Source: Octopus vulgaris (lineage: Eukaryota). From it: DNA of 64,000 nucleotides. Positions 39,218 through 54,220 of this stretch are shown piece by piece (positions within the stretch are counted from its first letter, which is position 1; each line of letters opens with the position of its first letter). The DNA lies in assembly GCA_951406725.2 (NCBI GenBank), contig OX597816.1, positions 92,256,001 to 92,320,000 on the forward strand, in the 5' to 3' direction. The notes under the pieces were generated by a model. It saw only the letters and a program-made list of their open reading frames with translations. It ran no database searches and was not told the DNA's origin. The position numbers and the translations under genes are program-made.

Positions 39218-41869
39218 TTATTGGAGATTGGTATTTTGTGATCATTCAAAAGAAACAGTTCAGTATGTGTAGAGGAGAGTAAAGATAAAAACAAATGATT
39301 TAATATTCATGTAGTTTGTAAGAACATTAATAAAATTAAAGGAACGGCATGACTGATTGGGAACCGAAACCAAATCACTGACATTGCTCGTAAGGAGCCT
39401 TTATTCTTTGGCGTTTCATTATTTGGAATTTTTATGTTGACGAAGCTCAAAGGGGATTAAAGAGGAAATGCATATAATATCGGAAGGCTTATTCCATTCA
39501 CCTAGCAAGTGGTAAGGCTGTTGGACTAAATTAACGAAAGCAGAGTACAAGCTATAAAGTAATATTCCCTTGTGATTGATGGCTATAGATTTATTCCTTT
39601 TATAATGATGTTAGAAACGGAAACAAATTTGCAATCAGCAATTGAAACTGAGCCGTCATCAAGATTCACTGAGAAATTCGCAAAGGCTGGCCTGAAAAGT
39701 CGATCGATACAGTAGTCAAATCTCCCTTAAATCCTACTCGTCTTTAAGGACTCATTAGATAACACATACCTAGATACAGACTCAGATAACATATACGGCA
39801 GAAAATAAGGCAGGATGATTATTTATAACTCATACATCTTTGGTCGCCAGGGATGTTGATCTGGGTCTAAACAATAACTATGAATGTAGTTGTTCTACAG
39901 CAAATACCACGCAAATACTATCACACACACACACACACACACATATAATAGGAAGGTGTATGTGTGTGAATATTTTTAAATTGATTTCTAACGACGCAAC
40001 AAGGCTATACATATGTGTATGTATAAGGAAGAAGTATTGTCGGTTAAAATAAATACATTTAATACATGATACTTAGCTTATCGACTTTGGTATGATTTGA
40101 ACACAGAACTCTGGAGGAGGAAACTGCAAAGTGTGAATCATTTATATAGCAATAGGCTATCACATCGGCTTTACAAGTGCTTTTAGTTTAATATTGATTT
40201 CTTTTTGACTATCAATCTTTACGTCTGTGGAATGGAATGTGAATGTAAACTCAGCAAAGCCCGCCCCCGAGAAGGACAAAAAATAAATGCTGTTTCTTAT
40301 CTCACCTTCACACTACCGACAGTAAAATTTAAAATGTTTTAATATATCAAGCCCTACCTTTGCAGAACTGACTTCAAAAACTTATAATTTTCTCAGCTAA
40401 CCACTACTTAAACACAACCGTTAAATTATCTTTCATCTATTCTTTAAAATATTTAAGTTATAAAACATTCTTTAGAAATATGTCAAAACTTGATGAAATT
40501 TCATAACGGTTGTCTTTTTATCAATATTTCAATATTGGTGTTTTTATTTTCATCTTATTAAAATTGCTCTAAACCCACTTTTGCTAGTTTCATTAGATTT
40601 GTTTTTTTGTATGTGCACTATTACATTCAAGATCACTTCTACTGATAAATCTGGTAATCATCGCTGTTAATATATTTACACACATTCTTCTTCAATTTTG
40701 CGTGAACAATAATCAACATAAACAAATAACTTCTGAAAGAACCAAGTGAGCAGGGATCGTTTAAGAGGTAGTATCGATTTTATATGTCACCAACAAAACA
40801 CGCTAATTCCGGGAAGTGAATTATTCTCTAAAAATAGCGTTGCAGTTTTTTCCGTGACTATTTCTAAAGTCTACATCATTGATCTATTTTCATATTTCTT
40901 TTGCTCTGTTCTTTCGTATTGACTTCAATTCCATTTCTGTTGCTGTTGGGATTTTTTTCCCTTATTTATGTTTAGCACAATATGTATTACCACATTTTCT
41001 TCTGTGTAATGTACTTTCCGATTTATAATAAGTTGCTAGAAATAAATCGTTCATTGATGAGTTGCCCTTTTCGATTTTTCCCTATTTTTATCGAAGGATC
41101 TTTCTTAGAGCAATAATGTAACTATTGATGATACAATATTATATTTCCTCATAAATATTCATTCTTTTACTCCTTAAATTATTTCTTAAGACGTTGATAC
41201 TGGTGGTGCAGATGTTTCTGGAAAGTTCCATATAAGATTATCTGCTCCATTGACGATTATACTATATTTACCAAATAATATGACGCAATATCTTCTTTGT
41301 ATACGCCTAGATTTAATCTAGGGTAAAATATTGGACTTGCTGAACTAAGTAGTTACTTGGGCCATAAAGTTAGCAGCATGTATACTGAGTGAAAGTCTAC
41401 ATTCCTATGGCACAGTATACTTTTTAGGTTTATCAAACAGCTTATATGAATTCATGATAATATTTCTGCTTTATTTCTGTTGTAAATAATATAATTTTCA
41501 AAGATGAGTTTTTGCGATAACAATGTAGCGTAAACGTAGCACTGAGGTTATAAAATATTGACATTCTCTTGTTGATGGGGGGTTAACGGATTCTAATCAA
41601 GCTTAGCGAAATAGTACAGGAATAAGGCAAAAGAAGCTGATCAGAGAAAGACATGTTCAACAGTGTTTCTGTGACAAGAATATCACAGAAGCACTGGAGA
41701 GTTGAGATTAGAACTCAGAAAAATGTATGTTATAATTAAGCCTTGTATATTTATGACATAATTTTGTTACTGATGATTGGGTAACTCTCATCTAGCTGAG
41801 GTAGTGTAGAAGGCTAGAATAACCAGTCTGCCAATAATTAATTACTCATTTAGTGTTTAAAATATGGCT

Positions 41870-42022
41870 ATAGGTGTAGGCATGGCTATGATGTTTAGAC
41901 GTTTACTTCGCAACCTTATGTTTTTTTGGTGTAGTCACACTGTGCAGTCTCTTGGGAAAGGACCTTCAATTATAGTCCCTTATAAATGAATTTGGTTGAC
42001 AGAAAGTGTGTAGAAGCCAGTT

Positions 42023-42102
<80 letters not shown>

Positions 42103-42151
42103 TTATCAATCCATCAATCTATCTATCTATCTTGCTATGCATGTGTATGTA

Positions 42152-42198
<47 letters not shown>

Positions 42199-42651
42199 GA
42201 CAAGAAATAACATTTGCCTATTTTTATGGAGACAAAAGGGTGTATAAGACTGCAAGAAGTGCTCAAATGTAATTGAGACAGAGGTAAAAAAAACATTGAT
42301 CAGAGAACAACCATCAAATTCGATTCAACGACTTTATATATAACAGCACGTCTCCAAACATTTGATCATATATAGATATTCCCATGGGCCTTAAACATAT
42401 AAAGTATACATATAAAAAAATAGACAGAAGGTACAAAATATGTATGCGAATAAAAATACTGACAGGCCGTTCTATATATCTGTATTTTTATTGTATTTTA
42501 TTTACATATTTTTTACCATCTGCGTTTTTTATATATGTATACGTTATATGTTTAAGAGCCATGGTAATATTTATACATGATCAAATGTTTGGAGGCGTGG
42601 TGTTATATATAAAGTCGTTGACTCGAATTTGATGCTTGTTCTCTGATCAAT

Positions 42652-42696
<45 letters not shown>

Positions 42697-43095
42697 CATG
42701 TTTGTGTGTATATATGTATGAATGCATGTGTGTATATATGTATGTATGCATGTATGTGTGTGTATATATATATATATGTATGCATGTATGTGTGTGAATA
42801 TATACACACGCACACACATACATATATATGTGTCTGTGTATGTGTGTAAGTGTGTATGTTTGTGCGCGTGTGTGTGTATGCGCATGTGTGCGCGCGTGCG
42901 CACGTCTCTGTGTTCATGATTGTGTTTGGCAAGCTACTGCTTCACAATTGATGTTGGTTTGTTTACATCCCAGTAACTTAACATTTCTACAGAAGTTACC
43001 CATATAATATGAACTATTAGTGTTGATTTGCTTGACGAAATCTATAAGACAATGCTACAGCATGGTCGCAAACCATGCAAAAGAATTGAAGAATG
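41870..43095 (+). mobile_element. Old SINE family A split at its internal microsatellite
   Basis: 5' half 41870-42022; 3' half 42910-43095; separated by (CTAT)n/(TA)n and an inverted-repeat element. Confidence 0.6.
42291..42655. repeat. About 79-bp inverted repeat element in (TA)n
   Basis: 42291-42369 is the near reverse complement of 42577-42655. Confidence 0.85.
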
Positions 43096-44705
43096 TATGC
43101 TCATATTTCTGAAAGAGGAGTCAAATCTAGCATGATAAAATGACAGTAGCAACTCCATCGACTGCTCCACATCATACAAACATTTAGATCTTACACTGGT
43201 TACACATTAGCAAGCCCCACCCCACCAAAAATAAAACTAGAGTATAGCATAATTTACGACATCAAAAGCTACGTTTGTTGTATTATATAATGTGCAAAAG
43301 ACAGATTGACGTCACTAGAATTAGCTCCTTCAACCATAACATGACTACTATACTATAAGAAGTTGAATATGAAAAGTAAATTTATATGTAAAAGAAGGAA
43401 ATCAAAAGAAAATACTGCTTAATTTTCTAGTACATTCATAATGAATTTAAACTTTTCCACCCTGAGAATGATATAAGCGAATGAGTCTTCCTTTGTATAC
43501 CACATATGTGCACTGTTAGGTCAAGAAAAGGACGTAAAACAAAGATAGCCATGGTAATATCTGAAATCGGAATATAAAACAACAATTTATGTGTAAAGCC
43601 TTTAATCTTGCGCTGTTTTCTTTTTCCTATTCCAGTTTTGATTCAAGCTAGATAATATCAATCTATCAAATATTAACGATCTCTTCTAGTTTATGTGAAA
43701 TCATATAAAAGCTATTGTTTTTATATTTAAGTGAATAGGAAAATGCTTCTTGAATCTATCAGACAAGTGTAAGACAAGCTGGAACTATGTTACAATTTGG
43801 AAAACGTTTATTTAATAACATTGACACGAGGTAGAATATTCGTAAGTTCGTGAGAATCAGGGTTTGTAACAGTAGATCAGTCCTTACATTTTACATCTTT
43901 TAGTTCATATATTTAAAAGAGAACACCATCTCTACAAAACTGACCTGTTCTTGACTTAAAGACCATCTAACCACTCATTCAGGATTATGTACCGTTTGGT
44001 TTTCATTTGATGAAGAAATAGCTAACTATTAATTTTCGTAAGTAGAGTTAGATGTAGGATTTTAGGCAACAATTTATCAAATTAAATTTTCAAATAGATG
44101 TGTGATGATAGTACATCCATTGATCGTGAATTATATATGCTTAACGACGTATCATTAAAATCAATCCAAAATAACTGATTCGTTTTCGTTGAACATCAAA
44201 GAAGAAACTCTGCTGAGAAAATTAAAATGTATCACTGAACTATTGAACTATTATGAATGAACCAATGATTAAAGTAAAATAATCCCAGAATAGGTTTTTA
44301 TGAATTTCTGACATAAATGGAATGGAAAGCTTGTCCTAAGAAAGGCCCTGGGAAATCTTCCTCTGCTATGAAGTTAATGTCGATGACTTAATAAGATAGA
44401 TCAGTTTTAACTTCACTATAAACTTCAATACGAACGTAACCACAACCAAAACGATAACTACGAGTGCAACAGTATCATATCATCGACATTATGAACACAA
44501 CCACCGTAACTAGAATAGCGCAATTCTAAGCCTTCTCAGAGATTTTTAAGTTCTTTTATAGATGGCCTCAGATACTCTGGGATGGAAGTTCATAATTGCT
44601 ATTGCCCGATGCTCTTAAATCCCCCATCACATTCTGTGTTTTATACGAGAAATTATAAGATTCAGAAAATACTTTAGTTATATACTATACTAGAATAATT
44701 CTGAA

Positions 44706-44706
<1 letters not shown>

Positions 44707-44785
<79 letters not shown>
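44707..44785. repeat. (ACT)n microsatellite
   Basis: Direct run. Confidence 0.97.
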
Positions 44786-45059
44786 AATCATCAACGTTTC
44801 ACTTTCAAAAAAGAGGCATAGGAAAGCCACGCAGTTACAGACTGAAAAAGTGGGATAGAGGACTGCTTTATATGGTACGCTACTCGTGAAACTGCATGTT
44901 CTTATGGAGTTGTTCTTGTACACTACATAGGTTTGATATCATTACAGTTTGCTTCCGCAGTAGCATTTTGTGTTATTTCTTGAGTTTGTGATAAGTATTT
45001 TTTTTATATAAGTGTTATAGTGAATGACGTCGTCAGCTTTACTTTTGTCAATAATTAGA

Positions 45060-45463
45060 ATACTCTTTACTCTCTCTTTTAATCTTTTACTTCTTTCAGA
45101 CATTTGACAGCGGTCATGCTGGAGCACCACCTTTAGTCGAGAATATCGACATGAAGGCTTATTCTTTGTAAGCATAGTACTTATTCTATCGGTCTCTGGG
45201 ACGCAAACACACCAGCATCGGTTGTCAAGCGATGTTGGGTGGGGGAACAAACACAGAAACAGAAACATATACACACACATACATATATATACATACGTAT
45301 ATACGACGGGCTTCTTTCAGTTTTCGTCTATCAAATCCACAAGGCTTTGGTCGGCCCGTGGCTATAGTAGAAGACACTTGCCCAAGGTGCCACGCAGTGG
45401 GAATGAACCCGGAACCATGTGGTTGGTAAGCAAGCTACTTACCACACAGCCTCTCCTGCGCCT
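45060..45463 (-). mobile_element. SINE family A
   Basis: Near-identical to 1760-2083. Confidence 0.9.
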
Positions 45464-45479
45464 TGTAGAATGCTACAAC

Positions 45480-45960
45480 CTGGAGATTTTGCTGCTGCTG
45501 AAGCCAGCATAGATTCACTAAGTTAGGATAATGAGTAGTCTGAAACTATATTGTGGTTCAGTGGTGAGAATGCGTGGGTTAATACTGTTAAGAATTAGCC
45601 TTTCTAGAAATTTCGAAGGTGCGCATAGATTTGTAATGCGTGTATATGATGTTGATTCACCTTGTCTTAAGTTGGTCCTCCAGTTGTTATGATGTTACCC
45701 ATTTTCTAGATTCTGGCAATTTGACGATGCTGGTGCGAGTAGTCGCAAACATTTTCGAGTGAAGTTATTCGGTCAAATCTTAGGTCCGTTAATTGTATGT
45801 TTGGTTTTCTTTAGCTTTGAATCTTTCGAAGTTTTAGTTTTTCCTATTGATTTCTGATGTCTGATAAAAGGGTTGCGTCAAAATCCTGGTCTAGGTGGAA
45901 GATTAGTATTTATTAATTTGTGTTCCTATTCAGTTTGTGTCTCAGGGACATTTAAGAACT
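45480..45960 (-). mobile_element. Degenerate LINE RT fragment
   Basis: NLCAPSKFLERLILNSI..QYSFR resembles RT motifs (SLLxxxSKxLERxI, QxGFR). Confidence 0.5.
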
Positions 45961-46404
45961 TTTCCCTGTAGTGCAGTATATGTCTTACATAGAAGTTCAA
46001 CATCATCCGTGATCTTACTCCAATCATAAATATAATGAACTAATTTTAATTTGGTGAGAAATTGTCAAATATTTCATTGAGAATTTGAAAAAAAGGCCCA
46101 CCTTCAGCAGACCACAACCAACAAATTACGCTGCAAGGAGCTAATGAAAGCAATTCAGATTATGGAATCTGTGTTCATTTCACATACATCAAGATGTATA
46201 AGGATCTATATATTTCCAACAAAGTGTTTTAATGAGCACAATTATGCGTTAGCACGACAAAACAAAATAGACTACACACATACGTTGCAAATATACACAC
46301 ACACACATATATACGTATGTAATATATATGTGTGTGTGAGTGTGTGTGTCTGCATATATATAAATAGTGAGAATTTACAAAACAACAAAAGACGAAGACG
46401 GAGA

Positions 46405-46590
<186 letters not shown>

Positions 46591-46601
46591 GCATATATAT
46601 T

Positions 46602-46638
<37 letters not shown>

Positions 46639-46979
46639 TGGCCTTCATAGGCCCCATCCTACTCGAGACTAGTGAGATTGATATAATCTCTGTGTGTGCG
46701 TACGCGTGAGTGTTAAAATGTAGAGAGGTTGTTAGATGGGGAAAGTTAGAAAAATAATTAAATAAAAAATTAGGAGAAATAATGCAGAGAGTAAAGGAGC
46801 GAAAGAAAGGTATTTAGAGAGAAAAGAGGAATTGAATGAGAAGGTAAGGAAGATATAGATAATAAAAGAAGGAAAAGAAAGATGTCAGAAAATAGAAGTA
46901 AATCAAATCCTACTAATATCGATGTATCATATTTAATCAATAAGTTGACCAAATTTAAAATGTAAGTGGTGGTAAATGT

Positions 46980-47935
46980 GAGAGGATGATGTCGATATTT
47001 TAGGTTGTGTTGATGTTCGGTGGGATGATAGTATTAGTGGTGTTAGAGACGCTACGACTGGTGGTGTTAGAGACGCTACGACTGGTGGTGGCAGAGGTGG
47101 TGGAGGAGAATTTTGATGGTTTTTTTCATGATGATGATGATGATGATGATGATAATGATGTCAATGAATATGATGAATATGATGAATATGATGATGATGA
47201 AAACGGTGTTGACGATAATAGTGTTGGTGATGAGGCTATAATATAGTTGCTCTCGCTCGGTGAGAACAATGGCAAAGATGCAGGCGAGGGAGGTAATGAC
47301 AATATTAATAACCATTTTACTTGTGGAATTATTAGTAGTATTATTTTGATTTTTCAAGAAATCATTACAAGAGATATAAGTAGCTAGAGCAGAAGTAGAA
47401 ATAGTGGTGGTTGTAAAGGTGTTGTGGTTGTGCTTATTATTATTATTATTAGTAGTAGTAGTAGTGGTTGTAGCGATGAAGCTGGTAATAGTTGATGATT
47501 AGCATAATGTTGGCGATGATGATGGTGGTGGTGGACAGTGTGAGAATGACTGTTGTGATGATAACGATAATAGGCGGAGTTAACAGTAATGATGGAAATG
47601 ATGTTAGTGGCGATGGTTCCGGAGATAATTAGTAGTAGCAGTAGTAGTACTAGTGTTAGTGGCAGTGGTAGTAGCAGTCGTAGTCAATATATAGAAGATA
47701 AAGTGCGAATTCAGAGTCGTGGTAACGGCGATACTTTTGAATCTGGTGTTGATTGGGATGGTGCCAGTTGGAGTAAGGACTGTTGTCGAGCTAGTGGTGG
47801 TACGCCTGTAGTTGAACTGAGGGTGATAGAAGCTGTGGTAGTGCTGGTAGTAGTCATGGTGATAAAGTAAGGCTGTTTCAGGTGAAGTGATGGTAGTCGG
47901 GGAAATTACAGTAATAAGTAGTGTAGTAGTAGTAA

Positions 47936-47978
<43 letters not shown>

Positions 47979-48020
47979 TATAGTAGTAGTAGTAGTAGTA
48001 GTAGTTGTTGTTGTTGTTGG
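46980..48020. repeat. Low-complexity GAT/GTA/GTG tract with a 24-bp tandem duplication
   Basis: gtggtgttagagacgctacgactg twice at about 47037-47084; (GTA)n at about 47925-48005. Confidence 0.8.
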
Positions 48021-48627
48021 TACTGTTTTAACCTAAGGTCAGCTCTGATAGAACAGACTTTATGAGAAAGAGCGTTCCAACCTTGACCATCTTTACTTTA
48101 TTATCGACACAGCGTATCTCAAAACTGTATTATCGAAAATTTCCTACCTATATATACTACGCTATTATTTGATGGGGGTATTTCGTATTTCTATGGGATG
48201 GGGGTCCCCTGATTGCTTCCCTTGTTGACGGCTGTATAATTATTGTTGTAGTTAGTAGTGGAAGATTGTACACATGGGTGTTGGTGATGGTGGAGCTAAA
48301 TTAGTGTTACTTGAGGTGATATTAGTTGTATTGTTATACTGAAGGCAGTTATGAAGGTATTGGTATTGATAATAATGTTAATTAGTTGGTGCTGTGATAA
48401 TTAAAATATTGTCGGTGTTTTTATTACTAATTATTATAGGGTGATGGATCGGCTGCATTCTTAGAGCGTTAGAGGATAATGCTTTGCAATATTGGTTCAT
48501 GCTTTGTATGTTTCAGTTCAGATCCTACTGAGGGCAACTTCGCTTTTTCAGGTTTTGAAGGCCAATAGATTAAGTACCAGTGAAATACTGATATTGATAG
48601 CTGCACGTTCTGCTCCGCCAAATATCT

Positions 48628-48758
48628 ATTCTTCTTCTTCTTCTTCTTCTTCTTCTTCTTCTTCTTCTTCTTCTTCTTCTTCTTCTTCTTCTTCTTCTTC
48701 TTCTCCTCCTCCTCCTCCTCCTCCTCCTCCTCCTCCTTCTTCTTCTTCTTCTTCTTCT
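48628..48758. repeat. (TTC)n/(CCT)n polypyrimidine microsatellite
   Basis: Direct run. Confidence 0.97.
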
Positions 48759-49033
48759 TGGTTTCAAGCAGTGCTGTTTTCTGCAAGTGCTCCACCCTTA
48801 TTGCCGCCCTTATTTGTTCCATGTACTTCTCAAGACTTTTGCTCACTGTTCCTAGGGCACTGACAATTATTGGTACTACTGCCACCTTTTTCATCGGCTA
48901 CAACTGCTTAACCTCCCAAGCTAACCTATCATATCTATCGACTTTTCTTTCTTCCTTGTCAAATACCTTGCTGTCATCTGGGCATACTATATCTATGATT
49001 CACCATAGTTTGTTTTCTTTCTCATTTAACATT
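48759..49033 (-). mobile_element. Dong/R4-like RLE C-terminal fragment abutting (TAA)n
   Basis: NRKPDIML..KVDRYDRLAWEVKQL..VVPIIVSALGTV..LQKTALLET. Confidence 0.85.
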
Positions 49034-49203
<170 letters not shown>

Positions 49204-49204
49204 G

Positions 49205-49420
49205 TAAGGTAGCGAGCTGGCAGAATCGTTAGTGCGCTTGACGAAATGCTTAGCTGTATTCACCCGTCGCTACATTGTGAGTTCAAATTCCGTCGAGGCT
49301 GACTTTGCGTTTCATCCTTTTGGAGGTCGATGAAATAAGTACCACTTGAACACTAGGGTCGATGTAATCGATTTATCTCCACCTTTTCCAGGCTGCCCTT
49401 GTGGCAAAAATTTGAAATAA
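49205..49420 (+). mobile_element. SINE family C, full length
   Basis: gcgagctggcagaatcgttag (A box), gagttcaaattcc (B box), ends in (AAT)n. Confidence 0.88.
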
Positions 49421-49449
49421 TAATAATAATAATAATTATTATTATTATT

Positions 49450-49990
49450 CAATAACTGCATATCCGTGTTCATCAGGTGTGTCGTATCATATTGTTTTTA
49501 ATTAAAACATCGATGTTAGACAGGAGATCAATTTTGATTTCTTTTGGGCTATTTCGGTGTTTCTTCTATCGAGTAAAGTATGTTGTGTCTATTTGATGTT
49601 ATTTTATTTGGTTGGTGAATATATTTCATATGTCTCGTGTGGATAGTGCCATGTGTTTCAGAATCAGCCGTTCATTGTGTGCAGATTTGGTGTGTGGCTT
49701 GTGTAGAATTAGTGCATTGTGACTCTTCACAGCATGCGTTATGTGGACTCTTTGGCGTAATTATTTTAGGTATCAGTTATCTAGTTGTATGTGCTGTGTT
49801 ATTTTGTTGCATGTAGATAATTCATAATATATTCAGAGTGGTTTGTGTTCTTTCATAGGGTGGTTCGACTGTAGGTAATGTGTTGAGTACAGAGAAAGCT
49901 ATTTAATTTGGATTATTGAATTGAAAGTGCTTTGTGTAGAGTATGGTCTGTATATAAGTCGCTTTAAAGTGCCTTACTGTGAAACAGAAT
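49450..49990 (-). mobile_element. Degenerate Penelope-like 3' fragment ending in a half hammerhead
   Basis: LLDRRNTEIAQK resembles the PLE terminal LNxRxEI motif, followed by cCTGATGAac truncated by (TAA)n. Confidence 0.45.
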
Positions 49991-51377
49991 ATGAAATCAT
50001 ATTGCATACAATTTCTTGATCAAGCTTTCTGCTGTATAATCATATGATATATTTTATCTGCTATTATAATTTATTTCGCATCTAGGATACATTACAGAAT
50101 ATAAATCGACGAAAAGACATGACTGGTACCTTATTTTATTGAAGAGTGAAGGTCAGTACTGACTTTGGCAGGTGCGTGTGTGTTTGCATGTGTAGTAGTA
50201 TTAACATTATCACCGAAACGAAGATTAAATTTTTGGAAAACTATTGCAATAACCTCTATTCATCCATTCTAAGACTTACTTGTTATGTTTATCTGACTGT
50301 TATGGCTTAGTTGGTGCGATAATCGGAGAGTAAATTAAGAAATCGCTGTAGTAGTCATGGGAACATATCTGAGTAAATTACTAAACATTTTTTGGAAAAT
50401 CATTCCAGATACTCAGAGAAATTTAGTTAAAATATTTGTTACAGCAGTTAATTAATTGAAAACCATGCCGATTCACAACCGAACTGATATATAACTTTCT
50501 CTTAACCACTTCAACTTTAAATGTAATGATGGCGTTTACTTTGAAACGCTTCTTCATAGCATTTTACAGCCACTAACCAGTTTTCTCTCCATTTCTTAAA
50601 AAACAAAAAGAAAAACAAAACATTATCTTGCAATACTTTTTTTATTCATCAATTTTTTTTATTCATCAAAAGCGTTTTATTATTTTTTTGATATTATTTT
50701 TATTCTAAGCCTCACTTCACAACGAATTTTCTTTGTTTATTTTCATTGATTTTCCTACATAATTTTTTTGTTCGTTTCGTATTTTAATTTTATTTTCATT
50801 GTATATAAATTCGATTAGAAAAGTTCATATAGTTTCAAATAAATATATTAAATAGTATGGAACCATTCGATTTCCATTACAAAAAAAATCCGCTTTTATT
50901 CGGCCATTGCGTAATTAATAGGCACTAGAAAGCAATGACATCGCTTTAAAAGCAAAATGATTGCAATGAACAAGAATGTAATGCATTAGTGGAGAGGGTT
51001 GAAACAAGTAGGATGAGTGTTGAGACAATAGAGCTTTAGAAAGGTAGATAGCTGCTCACTTCGTACATTAAGAGAAAATACAGTCATAAAACACTTTCAT
51101 TAATAATAAAGAAATGGAGTAAAAAAGAAATGAACACATGATCAAAGACAACAGAAGTGAAAGAAAAATAATCAAATACTTCAATACTGTTATGTTCTAT
51201 GTTAGACGCCACAATGCAAATAATTCTTTCTTTTCAGTCGACACAGTTGTAGTTGGCAAATGAAAACAGTAATTTACGAAACAAATGATTTATACATACA
51301 TACGTACATACATACATACATACATACATACATACATACATACATACATACATACACACACATACATACATACATAC

Positions 51378-51418
<41 letters not shown>

Positions 51419-54149
51419 ACATATACATACATGCATATATACATATAAATATATAAATATACACACACACACATATATATATATACATATATACATACAC
51501 ACACAAGCAAATATATATAAATAGATACATATATAAGTATTCATATATATATATATATTATATTAAATTATATATATATATTATATATATATATAAACTT
51601 ACACACACACACACACACACACTCACTATCACACGCGCGTATATTATTATTTAAAACAGTTTGATTCGGTTCCAGGTGACTCAAAGTTTCGCCAGCTTCC
51701 TATTGAAGCCCAACTCATTTAAGCTCAGATTATCGATCCGGTAATGTGATGTGAGCCTGAACGAGCGGGAACCGAATATAACAATTTAAAATAATAGCAT
51801 ATGAAACTCCTATTAAATGTTTTGTGTGCCTTTTTTCTTTTGTTTGTTCACTCACTCATATATGTATGTATGTATACGTATACACATTATATATACATGC
51901 ATAAGTAGACACGTTATGTGTGTGTATGTTTCTGTGCATATACAATTTTTTATGCATAGAGAGCTGGAAAAAGCACCACGTTCTTTGTATATTTATCGGG
52001 TCAGGAGATGCATTTCGTTGTAATATTTTTCAGTATACATTTCACACGATCCTGTGCCTAGTTAGCTTGGGCACGGCCTATCCGAAATATTGAAAAGTAT
52101 TAATGAGATGCGTGAGTCCCTAGACTGAGAGTTTCCAGTCAGAAAACAGTCCGAATTTGGTCAACTGAATCTAGACCAGAAAATATTTATGTTTCCAACA
52201 AAAGAATAAACCCAAATGAAATTTATGAGACAGTGCATATAAAGCTAGGATGCAATAACATACCCAAAACTTCTAATAACATGTATATGTATGTATTTGT
52301 CTGTCAGACTTCTATCCTTTGCTAAACGACTAATTTTAATACCTATTAAGGACCATATATAAAATATTGCATCTGACTTTAAATCCTAAGCAGGACTACT
52401 TAGCAATAAGATTCCAAACGCTAACACTATCAATAATAATATTACGAAGGCCACAAACCTATATTACTAGTAGATTAATAGAATTATGCCATTTTCTGTA
52501 TTGGTAACAAGCAAACATATACAACCAAACATATATAATTATTCAATTCGACTGTACGGAACCCAAGATTTGTTGAGCCACAATAAAATAGATGATAGCG
52601 ATATTGATAACAATAAGTCATCATAAAGATATTCTTCTTTCGCAAAGACACTTCCAAAGTGGAAAAAATATCTTGGATTAAATAGATGCCATCAACATAA
52701 TGATGGTGGGAATTGATAACACGGATGTTTGTGAGCTCTTAGGGCTTTTAATTTTAGACGTTCTTGCTTGTAAAGTTACAACCATATACTTTAGAATAGC
52801 TATAATTTAAAGCATTAATGGTCACGTGTTAGATGAAGTGAGAAAGAACATCATTCACAAATTAACACTTTCGGTCTTGAAATTACTATAGCTTAACTAC
52901 TAGTGGCTTTCTTGGCAAGATTTATCATTTGCCTTCCACAAAACCAGCAGAAATAAAGCGAAAGTATCTCCTACAATAACCTGGAATGATGCCCACCATA
53001 GTGTTAAAGCAACTCATGTACTACATTAGAAGAAGCATCATCAATATCATGCCGAATAAGAATACATTTAGTTGTTTGACTTCATCCTAAAATACGCTTT
53101 CCTAACTAACTTATTCCGAAAGAAAATTATTAACCCGCTTCCCTCCTTACCTTTAGAAATGAAAAAAATGAAATATATGTTCTAACCCCTGATTTTCACC
53201 CAATGTAAAATCTAATAAAGGGAAACTTACATGAATAAACAAATACATCCCTCCTAGCCACAGATATATGAAACCTTTAAGAGGCACAATCTTAAAATTC
53301 CCTACAAATGTACCAAAAACATAGAAACATAATATTATAGATACCAACGATGAAAGAAAATGGTATGGAAAATGCTCAGGAAAGGTTAATATGTACTAGA
53401 CAAATTTTGCAGAGTAGAATCAATGATTTATTAGGCAGTAATCACACCTATAAACTTAATCTAGCAGAAGCATCTAACTGCTAGAAAGTTTATATAATGA
53501 TATATTCTCGTATAAAAGTACAAACTGGGCAGGTTACACTTAGAAGAAATTGGACTACTATTTTCCAAACTTTAATTACTAGAAGAATCCAAACGATAAC
53601 TCATTACAAGTGAAATGTGTGAATTATTCACGGAAGAGAAAAGAAAATATCCAGCTAATATCTTCATTAACAATATCTTTGCTTAACTAATAGATCCGAG
53701 ATTTCTGGAAAATACAGATACTTTGAAAGGCACTTTTACAATACCACTAGTCTACATGAAATACAAATGTGCATCGGCAGCTGATATTGGTTCATCTTAG
53801 ACTTTTTCTGGTCATTTCTCTACCAACTTCCTTTCTGCCATTCATGTAACTTATTTTTGTTTAGATTGGCATACCCACTTTGGTACAGGGTTTTGAGATT
53901 TCTGTTTAAGAGGCAGTGTGTATTTAGCATATTTTGTCTATGTTGTGATTGGAAGATGCATGGTAGGGAATGTCACTGGTGACAGGAATCATCTGCATAA
54001 AAGTGGATGTTGTGGGACTTGGACTAAGAGTGCGTAGTTAGGTCTCGTTTTGTGATATTGTAACAGCATATGGTCATTCTGAGAACTGTTTTTTATAATG
54101 CTTTCTTCCCTTACATCTTTTAGCATACATGTGTGTGTGTGTGTGTGTA

Positions 54150-54197
54150 TTTGTGTAAGTACAAACATACATGCATGTATGTTTGTACTTACACAAA
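54150..54197. repeat. Perfect 48-bp palindrome
   Basis: tttgtgtaagtacaaacatacatg|catgtatgtttgtacttacacaaa, no spacer. Confidence 0.95.
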
Positions 54198-54220
54198 CAC
54201 ATACATACATACATACATAC

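Noticed and set aside
47037-47084. Direct repeat as a CRISPR-like array
   Set aside because: Simple 24-bp tandem duplication with no spacers, in a eukaryotic context.
47007-47870. Acidic and Ser-rich ORFs
   Set aside because: Arise from GAT/AGT low-complexity sequence; no splice or domain support.
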